This document shows, piece by piece, positions 46,901-56,784 of a DNA stretch of 64,000 nucleotides; the first letter of the stretch is position 1; each line of letters opens with the position of its first letter. The position numbers and the translations under genes were made by a program. The DNA is from Ascoidea asiatica JCM 7603 (Eukaryota > Fungi > Ascomycota): contig BCKQ01000002.1 of assembly GCA_001600695.1 (NCBI GenBank), positions 360,890 to 424,889 on the forward strand, written 5' to 3'. Below the pieces are notes generated by a model, which saw only the letters and a program-made list of their open reading frames with translations, made no database searches and was not told where the DNA came from.

Positions 46901-47363
46901 TAGATTTATTAGTTGGATCAATTGAATTATTAGAAGAAGTTATATTTATAGAATTAGAATTATTAGTTATATTGTTTATATTATTTGAATCATTTGATGG
47001 ATGATAAATTTCATTCAGATTTTGATTCTGATTTTGATTTTTCATTTGAATTTGAATTTGATTTTTGATTTGAATTAATTTTTGATGATTTTGATTATTT
47101 GGACCAACAGCAGAATCACTTACATCATCATCTTCTATGTCTAAATCTAAAAGATCAGAATCTGAATTTGAAATTGAATTTGCATTTGAACTCATATTTG
47201 GGATAAGATTATTATTGTTATTGTTTCTGTTACCACTGTTGCTATTGCTATTGTTATTGTTAGTGATTTTTGGATTTAAGTTTGAGTTAGAATTACCCCT
47301 ATTAATAATGATTGATGAATTATGAATAGAAGAACTATGAGTACTAGAAAAATTTGTTGTCAT
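43917..47363 (-). CDS. GRR1: SCF F-box/leucine-rich-repeat substrate receptor
   Basis: F-box LPPELLLIIF..L, LRR array (CPNLERLTLVNC, LHYIHLGHC, LERVHLSYC), FCVFSG, Asn-rich termini. Confidence 0.97.
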   Translation of the reverse strand: MTTNFSSTHSSSIHNSSIIINRGNSNSNLNPKITNNNNSNSNSGNRNNNNNNLIPNMSSNANSISNSDSDLLDLDIEDDDVSDSAVGPNNQNHQKLIQIKNQIQIQMKNQNQNQNLNEIYHPSNDSNNINNITNNSNSINITSSNNSIDPTNKSTNNNIIYINNNIIDANLNDLLNNKTNNNINNINNSINSNISINNSRHNTQSPESFDTNNNNNFDILSDKNNEDFFNIDNLNHHNSEIIINNIGLYVQDISKPSIRILPPELLLIIFTYLSEKNNLTNFLSVCKQWANLLIELIWFRPKLQNQNSFNKLLKIMDKDPNFTFWDYRFFIRRLNLCFVSNQVNDEILLKFINCPNLERLTLVNCNKLTSNSISKVLLNCNRLQSIDMSAVPNISDSIFQALSKNSPRLQGLYAPDTSKVSKDSIISLFKSCPFLKRIKLTETQNIDDHAVHVLANNCKYLVEIDFHGCTEITNNSLMRVFKEMDQLREIRLSKNLNLNDKMLSLLPSSPCLDRLRIVDLTSCTYITDKTVEKFVKCAPRLRNVVLSKCIAITDASLRALSTLGKSLHYIHLGHCNNITDTGVSTLIKSCHRLQYIDLACCTQLTDSSVKELASLRRLRRIGLVRCYRITDEGILSLIRARGNDDTLERVHLSYCQNLTIYPIYQLLLSCPRLAHLSLTGIMAFLRSDIRKFCREPPSSFNTQQKNVFCVFSGNNVRELREFLRTLFNSYNSVLTSQNANQTMAFSPYVNGEFIPAEFLTNINNNNNNNNNNNITNANRIGNNGTGIRANNLNFLLNPETTTNIASNLNQIINNNIITNNNNNTTNTNNTNNTNQDENTNSNTITLDDDDDVMVGQGNQISRNNNNNISTNNLNTIHTNLGVISNLNGNMISNINTNNIENINNRDNVDIANIGMLDSTFGRTQQLNTLRPNTIQNPDNQNQNSNIINLNGNENMFRGELRFPNNGFPNNGNVFTRSQAENISLISSNNGTANNNPISNLNTSFHSILNNSFNSILNNTIHNTMSNTVDNDVSNSNTTTTNNNNNNNNNNNNNNNNGENNNNDSTNPPRLPQRIRFAFPPEQQVRMAAQLRSNGRPDLQHIQQLLHLHQLQQMHRFQQAQLEQMRQFQHPGPDGPAIPDDIEDEEMSD

Positions 47364-50145
47364 AAATATGTATATAAAACAATAGAAGTAAAATTATGAT
47401 ATTTATAATAGCGTATATGATTGTAGAGATATTTATATTTATATTTATATTTATATTTATATATTTACATATAAATTAATATATATATATATATAATAAA
47501 TATATTTTGAAATATTTATGTGTTTTGTGAGACTATAATAATATGATAATATAAAATAGTATAATATAAGATATAATATTTTAAGGATTGAGGAAGAAGA
47601 GAGAAAAAAAAAAGGAGGAATGAAGACTTAATTAAATTTAAATTAAGTGGTTAATAGATTTGATATTTTTTTCCTTTTTTTAAGAAGTTATACGGTAAAT
47701 AGTGGAGGCAAAAAATATATTTTTTAATATCACTAAAATGATTAGGTTAAAGTGAATATGCAGTGAAGTTAATATAAAGAAATAGAGAAAAAAGGAAACG
47801 AATCAGATATATTTATTTAATTTATGATTGAAATATGAATAGATAGATATAATGATTATATTTTATTGATTATATTATATTGATTTATATTGATTATGAT
47901 TATCTGATTAGATAAATAAATATGAATGGATACGAATATATTATCAAATAACCAAACAACCAAATAGCTGATATAAAAAAGTACTGTTTGATAAAATTAA
48001 ATAAAATATAATGATTAATTTTTATTGAATACTGAATTATATTTTGATTTGATTTTGATTTATATTTTGAATAAGATATTGATCAAAAGATAAAGAAGAA
48101 GTAAGAAGTAAGAAGTAAGAAGTAAGGAATTAAATAAAATAATTAATAATAGTGATAGTAATAACAATATAATAAATAAGATAGTGAGTGTACTTAAAAT
48201 AATAAGAATAAGAATAACAAACAAGAATAACAAGAATAACAAATGAAAACAGTATGGAATGAATTCACCTCCAGCTGCAACAGATCCACTCCGAGTAAAA
48301 GAAAGAGAAAGCAAAGGAAAGACCAAAGGAAAAAAGCAAGGGAAAAAGCAAGAGAAGCGAGTAAAACAGCTCTGGAACGGGAACTGGAACTGGAATTCGA
48401 ACTGGAACTGGTCCATGTATGATATTTTGGGCACTGAACCGGGCTCGACTCACTCACATGGGTCTGTGTCCAATGCTGCTCCTGCGGGGAATTACCGCGC
48501 TCATTGCTGGGATTCACAGGCGTAAACCAGCAAGCAACTGAAACATGGTGTTCTCACCCTGTTTCCACAGGGATCACCTGGTTTTCCTGTACCGGTGAAA
48601 CGTAAACGGCACGAGAGACCAAAAACTAGCCTGTTAGAATTCTAGAGAATTAAAAGAAACAATAGAGCTGAGAAACCAGAGGCTGATGTGGCTGATAAAT
48701 ATGATATGTGACGAAGCAATGTTGAATGAATTTGAAATAGCTGCTGAACTTGAAGAAAGTGCTGCTATTAAAACAAATCTGAGACTGAACTTCATCATCT
48801 TCTTGCTGTGCTTTCCACTGTGTGAAAAGAGTCTCTGTTTGTCCTAGGACTCCGCACCAGAAGCAGTAATTTCAACTGAGAAAGGTGCACACCACTCAGT
48901 CTTCAGTAGTTGTAACAGTGATAGAATAAGAGTGGCAAGAGTGATTGTGGCAATAGTAATTGTGCTTCATCGTAGCCGCGGATAAGTGGCCGTGTAGCCG
49001 CATGAGTTTTTTAGCACCATCAGCATGGTAGGAACAAGGCCACCTCCATTTGTTTGTCTACACTGGCAAAAAAAACCACGAAGAAGGGACAACGCAGAAA
49101 TCTGCTGATTTAAGTGTCTTTTTCGCAGGAAAACAAAGAGCAGGGTCTTGGCCCGTGTTTGTTTATTTGTGGCGCTGCAAATCTCCTTTTAGGGCAGTTA
49201 AGTCCAGACTCCTTAGACCACAGCGCCACCATGATCCGGTCAGGTGATCGGTATAACGCTAATATTTCTTTGAAGGGGGCTGAAAGGTTTTTTGACTTTA
49301 CATGTTTCAGAAACGCCGGTTGCCAGGTGTTACAGCTAAGCTACCACTAACTTAGCGCTAAGTTAGCGCTGATTTAACGCTAACTTTCTACACTCCGCTA
49401 ATTTTGTATGATGATATGGTGATATTGAAAAGGCACGGTAGTTCACTCACTGACTGTTTACGTTGGCGTTGTTGACGCTACTTCCATCATCCTTACTGTA
49501 ATATTGTTTATTTTCAATTTCATTACTTTGATAGAAATTGATTTTAACTTGATTTAATTATATTTAACAGTAATCTATTATTATCAGTATAATTTCCAAT
49601 ATTTCCATATAATAATATATTTGTCTATTATTACTATTCCATTTCAATCCTTTTAAATCATTTCAATCTTTTTTAATTACTTCAATCTTTCTAATCTTTT
49701 CAAAAAAAGTGTATATATTTAATTTCATTTATTTATATCATTTTCAATTAAAGATTTTTAAAAAAAAAATAAAAAGAAATTCAAAAAGTAATAACATTAA
49801 AGTTAATTCATAATTTTCTTAAAATTAATTATTTTTTAAAAAAATTTCAAAAATTCTTATTTATCTTAAATCTATCAGATTTATTGATAAAATCAATTTT
49901 ATATTTAATTCTTTAATATAATATATATAATAGATATAATAGATATATAAAATATTATTATTCAACATTATAATCTTATATTATTAGTCCAATAAATTTT
50001 CATTTCATTCATTTCAGTATTTATTTATATCCCATTTATTATTTATCTCAAATAATCTACTTCTTTCAGTTCATTTCTTATCTTTTTATTATTATTTTCA
50101 TTATTACTATATTATTATTATTATTATCATCATCTTATCATAAAA

Positions 50146-51213
50146 ATGCTTGAAGATAAATATATTGGCTTAGGTTTAGCCATATGTTCTTCTTTTGCAA
50201 TAGGTACCTCTTTCATAATAACAAAAATGGGTTTAATCAATGCTCAAAATCAAGGTTTTGAAGGTCAAGGTTATCAATATCTTAAAAATCCAATTTGGTG
50301 GGGTGGAATGTTAACAATGGCAATTGGTGAAATAGCAAATTTTGCTGCTTATACTTTTGCTCCTGCAATTTTAGTAACTCCCTTAGGTGCATTATCTGTT
50401 ATTATTGGAGCTGTTTTAGCTTCAATTTTTTTAAAAGAAGAATTAGGTATATTAGGTAGAATGGGTTGTGCAATTTGTTTATTAGGTTCTGTAATTATAG
50501 TTTTACATGCTCCTCCTGATAAAGAAATTTCAACTATTGATGAAATTTTAACTTGTGCTTTAAAACCTGGTTTTATATCTTATGTTTTATTTGTAACTGT
50601 ATTTTCATTAGTTATGATTTATAAAATTGCTCCAAAATATGGTAAAAGAACTCCATTAATTTATATTTCAATTTGTTCAACTGTTGGTTCTGTATCTGTA
50701 ATGTCAATAAAAGCTTTTGGTATTGCTTTAAAATTATCTTTTAGTGGTAATAATCAATTTACTCATCCTTCAACTTATTTTTTTATAATTGTTGTAATAA
50801 TTTGTATTTTAACTCAAATGAATTACTTTAATAAAGCTTTAGATCAATTTGATACTTCAATTGTTAATCCTTTATATTATGTTACTTTTACAACTGCAAC
50901 TTTATGTGCTTCTTTTATCCTTTTTCAAGGTTTTAACACAACTTCAAATATTAATATAATATCTTTAATTTGTGGATTTTTAATTATATTTTCTGGAGTT
51001 TACTTATTAAATATTGCTAAACAATTATCCCATCCAAATGGTGATCTTGAAGAAGATAAAGCTTCTGTATTTGGTGATATACCTTTAGATAATGGGGTGG
51101 GTGGTGTTGCAATAAGGAGATCAATGACTATGCAAAGATCAAATACTTTTGATGATGAATTAGATAATGATGAAAGAATCGGGTTAACTGAATTTCATGA
51201 TTCAAGTAATTAA
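50146..51213 (+). CDS. NIPA-family (DUF803) Mg2+ transporter
   Basis: EDKYIGL.LA, YL....WW.G, GEIANFAAYTFAPAILVTPLGALSV and QMNYFNKALD.F motifs; about 9 TM segments. Confidence 0.95.
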   Translation: MLEDKYIGLGLAICSSFAIGTSFIITKMGLINAQNQGFEGQGYQYLKNPIWWGGMLTMAIGEIANFAAYTFAPAILVTPLGALSVIIGAVLASIFLKEELGILGRMGCAICLLGSVIIVLHAPPDKEISTIDEILTCALKPGFISYVLFVTVFSLVMIYKIAPKYGKRTPLIYISICSTVGSVSVMSIKAFGIALKLSFSGNNQFTHPSTYFFIIVVIICILTQMNYFNKALDQFDTSIVNPLYYVTFTTATLCASFILFQGFNTTSNINIISLICGFLIIFSGVYLLNIAKQLSHPNGDLEEDKASVFGDIPLDNGVGGVAIRRSMTMQRSNTFDDELDNDERIGLTEFHDSSN

Positions 51214-51361
51214 TGAACTTTTTTAAAATGAACTTTTTCAAAATGAACTTTTTCAAATGAAATTTCTAAAATGAAATTTTTTTAAATTTTTTAAATCTTT
51301 TATAAATTTCATAAATCTTATCTGTAATAATAATATCATATACGTAATATAACATCGTCCA

Positions 51362-51398
51362 ATAATATAATATAATATAATATAATATAATATAATAT
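51362..51398. repeat. (ATAAT)n pentanucleotide repeat downstream of NIPA
   Basis: About 7 tandem ATAAT units. Confidence 0.85.
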
Positions 51399-52307
51399 AT
51401 TTAATTTTAAACAATATTAATCTACATAAATTAAAAATATCTATTTAGAATTGAAAAAGTATTCAAAAATTGTCTGGATATACCGGCCAGTTTAACTCAA
51501 ATAAATATTCATTTAAAACCATAGCACTAAGATTATCCTATTTTTATATTAGCACAAATTAGCTCCATTATAAGTTAAATTAATCTTATAATAGAAATTT
51601 GACAAATATGCTGTTTAATTAACAAAAAAGAGAAAAAAAAATTTATTATTTTTACTGCTTTCTTATCCTATTTATATCCTTCTCAGAGTTTTGTTTTTAG
51701 TTTTTGGGAGAACTTTTCAATTTCATAAATTTTCAGCCGCTTACATAATCACAGGGTCAGCTCTCAATTCGGCAAAAGAAAATAAACAAAAACATTTTCA
51801 ATTTATTTTTTTCAGGGCTCATCAAAAGTCGATTCAAGTTGAAATAAATTCAATTATGTAATGATGTTTTTAATTTATATTGAAGACTGAGTAAAGGATT
51901 CTCTTGAACAATATCTGAAGGATTTACACACACACGATGGGTTATTTTTGAAACAATTAAAATGTGAAAATTCACTTTGATTTGAACAACTTTTACTGTA
52001 TCAGGTAGTGGTGAAAATCTTATTAGAAAACTATTAAGATCTATTTAAAAGTATCTAAATTTATCAAAAAATATTTAAATTTATCAAAATATATCAAAAT
52101 TCTGATTCTAAAAATCAACCATAATAATTATAGTAGAGAAAAATAAGTAAACTTGACTTATTTTTCATCTGATTAATATATTACAGCAAAATACAAAAAT
52201 GGAATACACAAACATGAAAATCATCATTCAATTTCCCAATACATTGATTATACAATAGATAAGAAAAACTGCCTTTAAATTGATGACAATCCAAAGGGAC
52301 TTTAATT

Positions 52308-52822
52308 TTATATTATTTCTTTTTTTCTTTTTTTGTCTTCTATCTTTTCCTCTTTTATTTCAAGAACGTCCGACCTTCGTTTTTTGCTTCCATTTTTCCT
52401 AGAGGATTTTTTTTCTTCGAGGTCTTCTTTCTTTATATTTTGCTTTTTATCATTATTATCTTCAAATGTCTCTTCATCAATATCAAGCTTTGGTTCTTGA
52501 TCGGTTTCAATTTTTTTCTAAATTTAAAAATTCGAGTTAGTATTTGTAGTTTTTAGAAGTGAGATAAGTTTAGAAAATAACATACATCTTCACCCCAAAC
52601 TTTTCTTCCAGTAATTACTGTACTATTATAGATTGAATTATATCCCATAGAACTTTTTTTTTTACTATGATGCTTTTTAGAAACTATAACCCATTTATTT
52701 TCTATATCTTCTTCTTTTTGTTTTTTAGTTTTTGGTTTCTCTTCTTCTTTTACATTTTCATTATCTGTTTTGGCAATTCGCATGAACTTCATGTTCATTA
52801 CTCTAGAACTAAACCCACTCAT
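52308..52822 (-). CDS. MPP6: Nuclear exosome cofactor Mpp6-like, two exons, 148 aa
   Basis: SSRVMNMKFM motif and GRKVWG. Exon 1 (52822-52586) plus exon 2 (52517-52308) give a Lys/Glu-rich tail ending in TAA. Confidence 0.82.
52518..52585 (-). other. Spliceosomal intron of MPP6 (68 nt)
   Basis: GTATGT donor, TACTAAC branch, TTTAG acceptor; phase 0. It contains the stop that truncates the track ORF. Confidence 0.9.
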
Positions 52823-53031
52823 TTTTTTTTTGTCAAGTATTAAACACAATATATTTCTAGTTTTACTTTTATTTAAAACTTATTCAAATACAATAAAAAG
52901 ATTCATTATATAATGCTTCATATTAACAGTATAGTAAAGGATTTCTTAAAGGCTTTTCACTGAAATATTCTAGCATTAGTATTTTGAGGTTTATCATGTG
53001 ATATGAATATATTTTTTTTTTTTTCTCAATC

Positions 53032-53040
53032 TGAAAAATT
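53032..53040 (+). promoter_or_regulatory. RRPE element in the MPP6/PWP2 divergent promoter
   Basis: TGAAAAATT between two rRNA-processing genes. Confidence 0.55.
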
Positions 53041-53182
53041 ATACGGTGCAATGTGCTCAGATCCGGCCATAAGATACAAATGGTTGATTTAAAATTCAAA
53101 GTTTTATTAAAGTAATGAAATAAAGTAATAAATTTTATAAAAAGTCTTGAATAAAAAAGAATCCTTATAAAAATAAATTGAA

Positions 53183-56038
53183 ATGAAGTCTGATTTTAGG
53201 TTTTCCAATTTATTAGCTACTGTCTATCGTCAAGGGAATCTTGTCTTCACAGATGATGGAAAGACTTTATTGAGTCCTGTTGGAAATAGAGTTTCTGTTT
53301 TTGATTTGGTTAATAATAAATTTTTCACATTTGAATATGAACATAGAAAAAATATTAAATGTATTGCATTGAATAATCAAGGAACATTATTACTTACAGT
53401 TGATGAAGATGGTCGTGCTATTTTAGTCAATTTCAAAGCAAGAACAGTTTTACATCATTTTAATTTTAAAAGTTCTATTCAAGATTTAAAATTTTCTCCA
53501 GATGGTCATTATTTTGCAGCAGCTGCTGATAGAAATGTTCAAGTTTGGAAAACTCCTGAATTCAATGAAGAACGTCAATTTGCACCTTTTGTACGTCATA
53601 AAATATATAGTGGACATTATAATAAAGTATTATCAATAAGTTGGTCTTCTGATTCAAGATTTTTTTTATCAACTTCAAAAGATATGACAACAAGAATTAA
53701 TTCTTTATTAACAGAAGATAGTAGTGCTGCAATAACTTTAGCTGGTCACAAGGAAAGTGTGATTGGTGCATTTTTCAATAATACTCAAGATATAATATAC
53801 TCAGTAAGTAAAGATGGGGCTTTAGTCAAATGGGAATATACAGTTAAAAAAAAATTAGAAGAATATGGAAATAACAATGATAAAGCTTTTGTCCAAAATA
53901 TTGAAGATGAAAATTCAAAGTCCGATTCAGATTCAGATACTGATTCAGATTCGGATTCTAATGATAGTGATTCTGAAGATGAAGAAAAAACAAAATTATC
54001 TTGGAGAGTAACTTCAAGAAATTATTTTTTTGCTGAACATCCTTTAAAATGTTGTACTTTTTATCCAAAAACTAACTTACTTGTTGTAGGATTTAAAAAT
54101 GGTGAATTTAGAATATATGAATTACCAGAATTTTCATTAATTCAACAGTTAACAATGGGACAAAATGAAATTAACACAGTTAGTATAAATTCATCAGGTG
54201 AATGGCTTGCATTTGGATCATCAAAATTAGGTCAATTATTAGTTTATGAATGGCAATCAGAATCATATATATTAAAACAACAAGGACATTTTGATTCAAT
54301 GAATTCAGTTTGTTATTCACCCGATGGTTCAAAAATTGCAACAGGATCAGATGATGGAAAAATTAAAATTTGGGATGTAATTTCTGGATTTTGTATAAAT
54401 ACATTTACTGAACATAAAAGCGCTGTTACAAATGTTCAATTTAGTAAAAAAGGAAATGTTTTATTTTCTTCATCATTAGATGGTACTGTAAGAGCATGGG
54501 ATATAATTCGTTATAGAAATTTTCGAACATTTACAGCTCATGATAGAGTTAGATTTACATCATTAGCAATTGATCCATCTGGAGAAGTTGTTGCAGCAGC
54601 ATCAGAAGATAGTTATGAAATATTTGTTTGGTCTGTGCAAACATCACAATTATTAGATACACTTTCAGGTCATGAAGGTCCTGTATCATATCTTGCATTT
54701 GGGAATGAAAATTCATCAGTTTTAGCAAGTGCAAGTTGGGATAAAACAATAAGAATATGGAATATATTTGGTAGAAGTCAAGAAGTTGAACCATTTCAAC
54801 TATATGCGGATGTTCTTGCACTAGCTATGAGACCAGATTCAAAACAAATCGCAGTTTCAACCTTAGATGGACAAATTTCATTTTGGGATATTGAAAATGC
54901 CAAACAAGTTGGAAACATTGATATTAAAAATGATGTTATTAGTGGTAGATATCTCGAAGATAGATTTACTTCGAAAAATTCTGCAAGATCAAAATATTTT
55001 ACTAGTATTGATTATTCATTTGATGGATCATCATTAGTTGCAGGTGGTACAAATAATTCTATTTGTCTTTATGATATAGCGAATGAAGTTTTATTACGAA
55101 GATTTAAAGTATCAGAAAATATGTCATTAAATGGTACATTAGAAATGCTTAATAGTAAAAAATTAACAAATGGTGGAATATCGATTGATTTAATTGATGA
55201 AGATGCAGAATTATCAGATCTTGAAGATAGAATAGATAGAAGTTTACCAGGAGCTTCCAAAGGTATTGATCCTTCAGTAAGAAGAGTTAGACCTGAAATA
55301 AGAGTAATGAGTATTAGATTTTCACCAACAGCAGAATCATTTATTGCAGGATCTACTGAAGGTTTACTAATATATTCAATTGATTCAAGTATTGTATTTG
55401 ATCCTTTTGATTTAAGTACAGATATTACACCAAAAGCAATTCTTGAACAATTAAATCTTAAGAATTATTTATTGGCACTTATTATGTCAATTAGATTAAA
55501 TGAAAAATATTTAATATTAAATGTATTTGAAGGTATTCCATATGATAGTATAAAACTTGTTACACAAGATTTTCCAACAATATATTTAGAAAAATTTTTA
55601 AAATTTATTTCTGAATTTATGATTGAATCTCATCATATTGAATTTAATATTATTTGGTTAAAAGAAATACTTTACTCACATGGAAAAACAATTAATAAAA
55701 ATAAATTAAAATATCAAAGTTCTTTAAGATTATTACAGCGATTTATTGAAAGAATAGCTAAAAATATTTCAGAAGCAGGAAAAGAAAATCAATATCTTTA
55801 TAACTTTGTTTCTTTATGTAGTGAAAAAAAATCTGAAGAAAATGATATGAATGGGATCATACTTACTAGTGTTGATGATGAAGAAGAGAATGCAGATGAA
55901 GTACTTAATGATAATCTTGGTGATGATGATAGTGATAGCGAAGGCGAATGGATGGGCCCTAAAATAAGCATCAAAACAGCAAATCACGCTCTCAACAATA
56001 ATGAAGAAGAATCTGATTCAGATGAAGAAATGAAATGA
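53183..56038 (+). CDS. PWP2: SSU processome WD40 protein Pwp2/Utp1
   Basis: MKSDFRFSNLL.TVYRQGNL, GQLLVYEWQSESYILKQQGH, WD repeats and an acidic tail. Confidence 0.98.
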   Translation: MKSDFRFSNLLATVYRQGNLVFTDDGKTLLSPVGNRVSVFDLVNNKFFTFEYEHRKNIKCIALNNQGTLLLTVDEDGRAILVNFKARTVLHHFNFKSSIQDLKFSPDGHYFAAAADRNVQVWKTPEFNEERQFAPFVRHKIYSGHYNKVLSISWSSDSRFFLSTSKDMTTRINSLLTEDSSAAITLAGHKESVIGAFFNNTQDIIYSVSKDGALVKWEYTVKKKLEEYGNNNDKAFVQNIEDENSKSDSDSDTDSDSDSNDSDSEDEEKTKLSWRVTSRNYFFAEHPLKCCTFYPKTNLLVVGFKNGEFRIYELPEFSLIQQLTMGQNEINTVSINSSGEWLAFGSSKLGQLLVYEWQSESYILKQQGHFDSMNSVCYSPDGSKIATGSDDGKIKIWDVISGFCINTFTEHKSAVTNVQFSKKGNVLFSSSLDGTVRAWDIIRYRNFRTFTAHDRVRFTSLAIDPSGEVVAAASEDSYEIFVWSVQTSQLLDTLSGHEGPVSYLAFGNENSSVLASASWDKTIRIWNIFGRSQEVEPFQLYADVLALAMRPDSKQIAVSTLDGQISFWDIENAKQVGNIDIKNDVISGRYLEDRFTSKNSARSKYFTSIDYSFDGSSLVAGGTNNSICLYDIANEVLLRRFKVSENMSLNGTLEMLNSKKLTNGGISIDLIDEDAELSDLEDRIDRSLPGASKGIDPSVRRVRPEIRVMSIRFSPTAESFIAGSTEGLLIYSIDSSIVFDPFDLSTDITPKAILEQLNLKNYLLALIMSIRLNEKYLILNVFEGIPYDSIKLVTQDFPTIYLEKFLKFISEFMIESHHIEFNIIWLKEILYSHGKTINKNKLKYQSSLRLLQRFIERIAKNISEAGKENQYLYNFVSLCSEKKSEENDMNGIILTSVDDEEENADEVLNDNLGDDDSDSEGEWMGPKISIKTANHALNNNEEESDSDEEMK

Positions 56039-56784
56039 AAATATCCATATTTTCATTTCCCAAAATTGACATCCATTATATAATTCTTTTAATAACAATT
56101 TTTTAATCAGATAAATCATGATCGTAGATTTATATCCAAAGAGAAATAAATAAAAAAATATATTTCAAAGTGATTTCAAATCCAGATGAATGTAATGAAC
56201 ACTAATCCGCATTATGTGTCATTACCAATCAATTCGTAGGATTTATCCCATTTATATAAATCAGTAATCCCTTAATTATAAGAATTAGTGTTAGTTCTAA
56301 TAATTAAGCAATTCGAAATATAGAGCTTCAATAAATACTTTTACAATATTAAATATCATCTAGATAGACCCATTCATTAAAAATAGCGCACTTAGTGAGA
56401 CCAGAACAGCGGTTGTGATGTTTGCAGACCGTGGCACAGCAGCTGTTGATCACTCTTCATTGGGAAGCAACTGAGGCTGAGCGGCCAGCTCTGCCATAAT
56501 GGCAGCAGCTTCAGTCACTCCAACGTTGCACAGTGTGCACATTATTTATTCGACTTATTTATCGTGCAAGAAGAATGCGATGGTACTAATCTATGGTTAA
56601 TAGCTCTATTACAATATTAATATCACTTTTATTTGGTGTATTTTAAATATAAATATCCTTAGGGACACTAAACTCATTGATAACTGAAAAAATTTGTGAA
56701 TCAATAATTAAAGTGTTTATATATTACAGACATTATTTTATCCAATACACTAGTTCAAATTTGAATTCTTAAATACTTTTCAAA

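Noticed and set aside
29268-47363. STD1 and GRR1 as a glucose-signalling gene cluster
   Set aside because: Separated by about 12.6 kb and seven unrelated genes; co-location is probably incidental.
48373-48412. GGAACT hexamer repeats as telomere-like or CRISPR-like sequence
   Set aside because: Short degenerate microsatellite without spacers, in a eukaryotic promoter context.
56100-56400. Possible spliced micro-gene on the minus strand (ACTAAC...AAG)
   Set aside because: No convincing donor or first exon; all frames after the AG close within about 20 codons.
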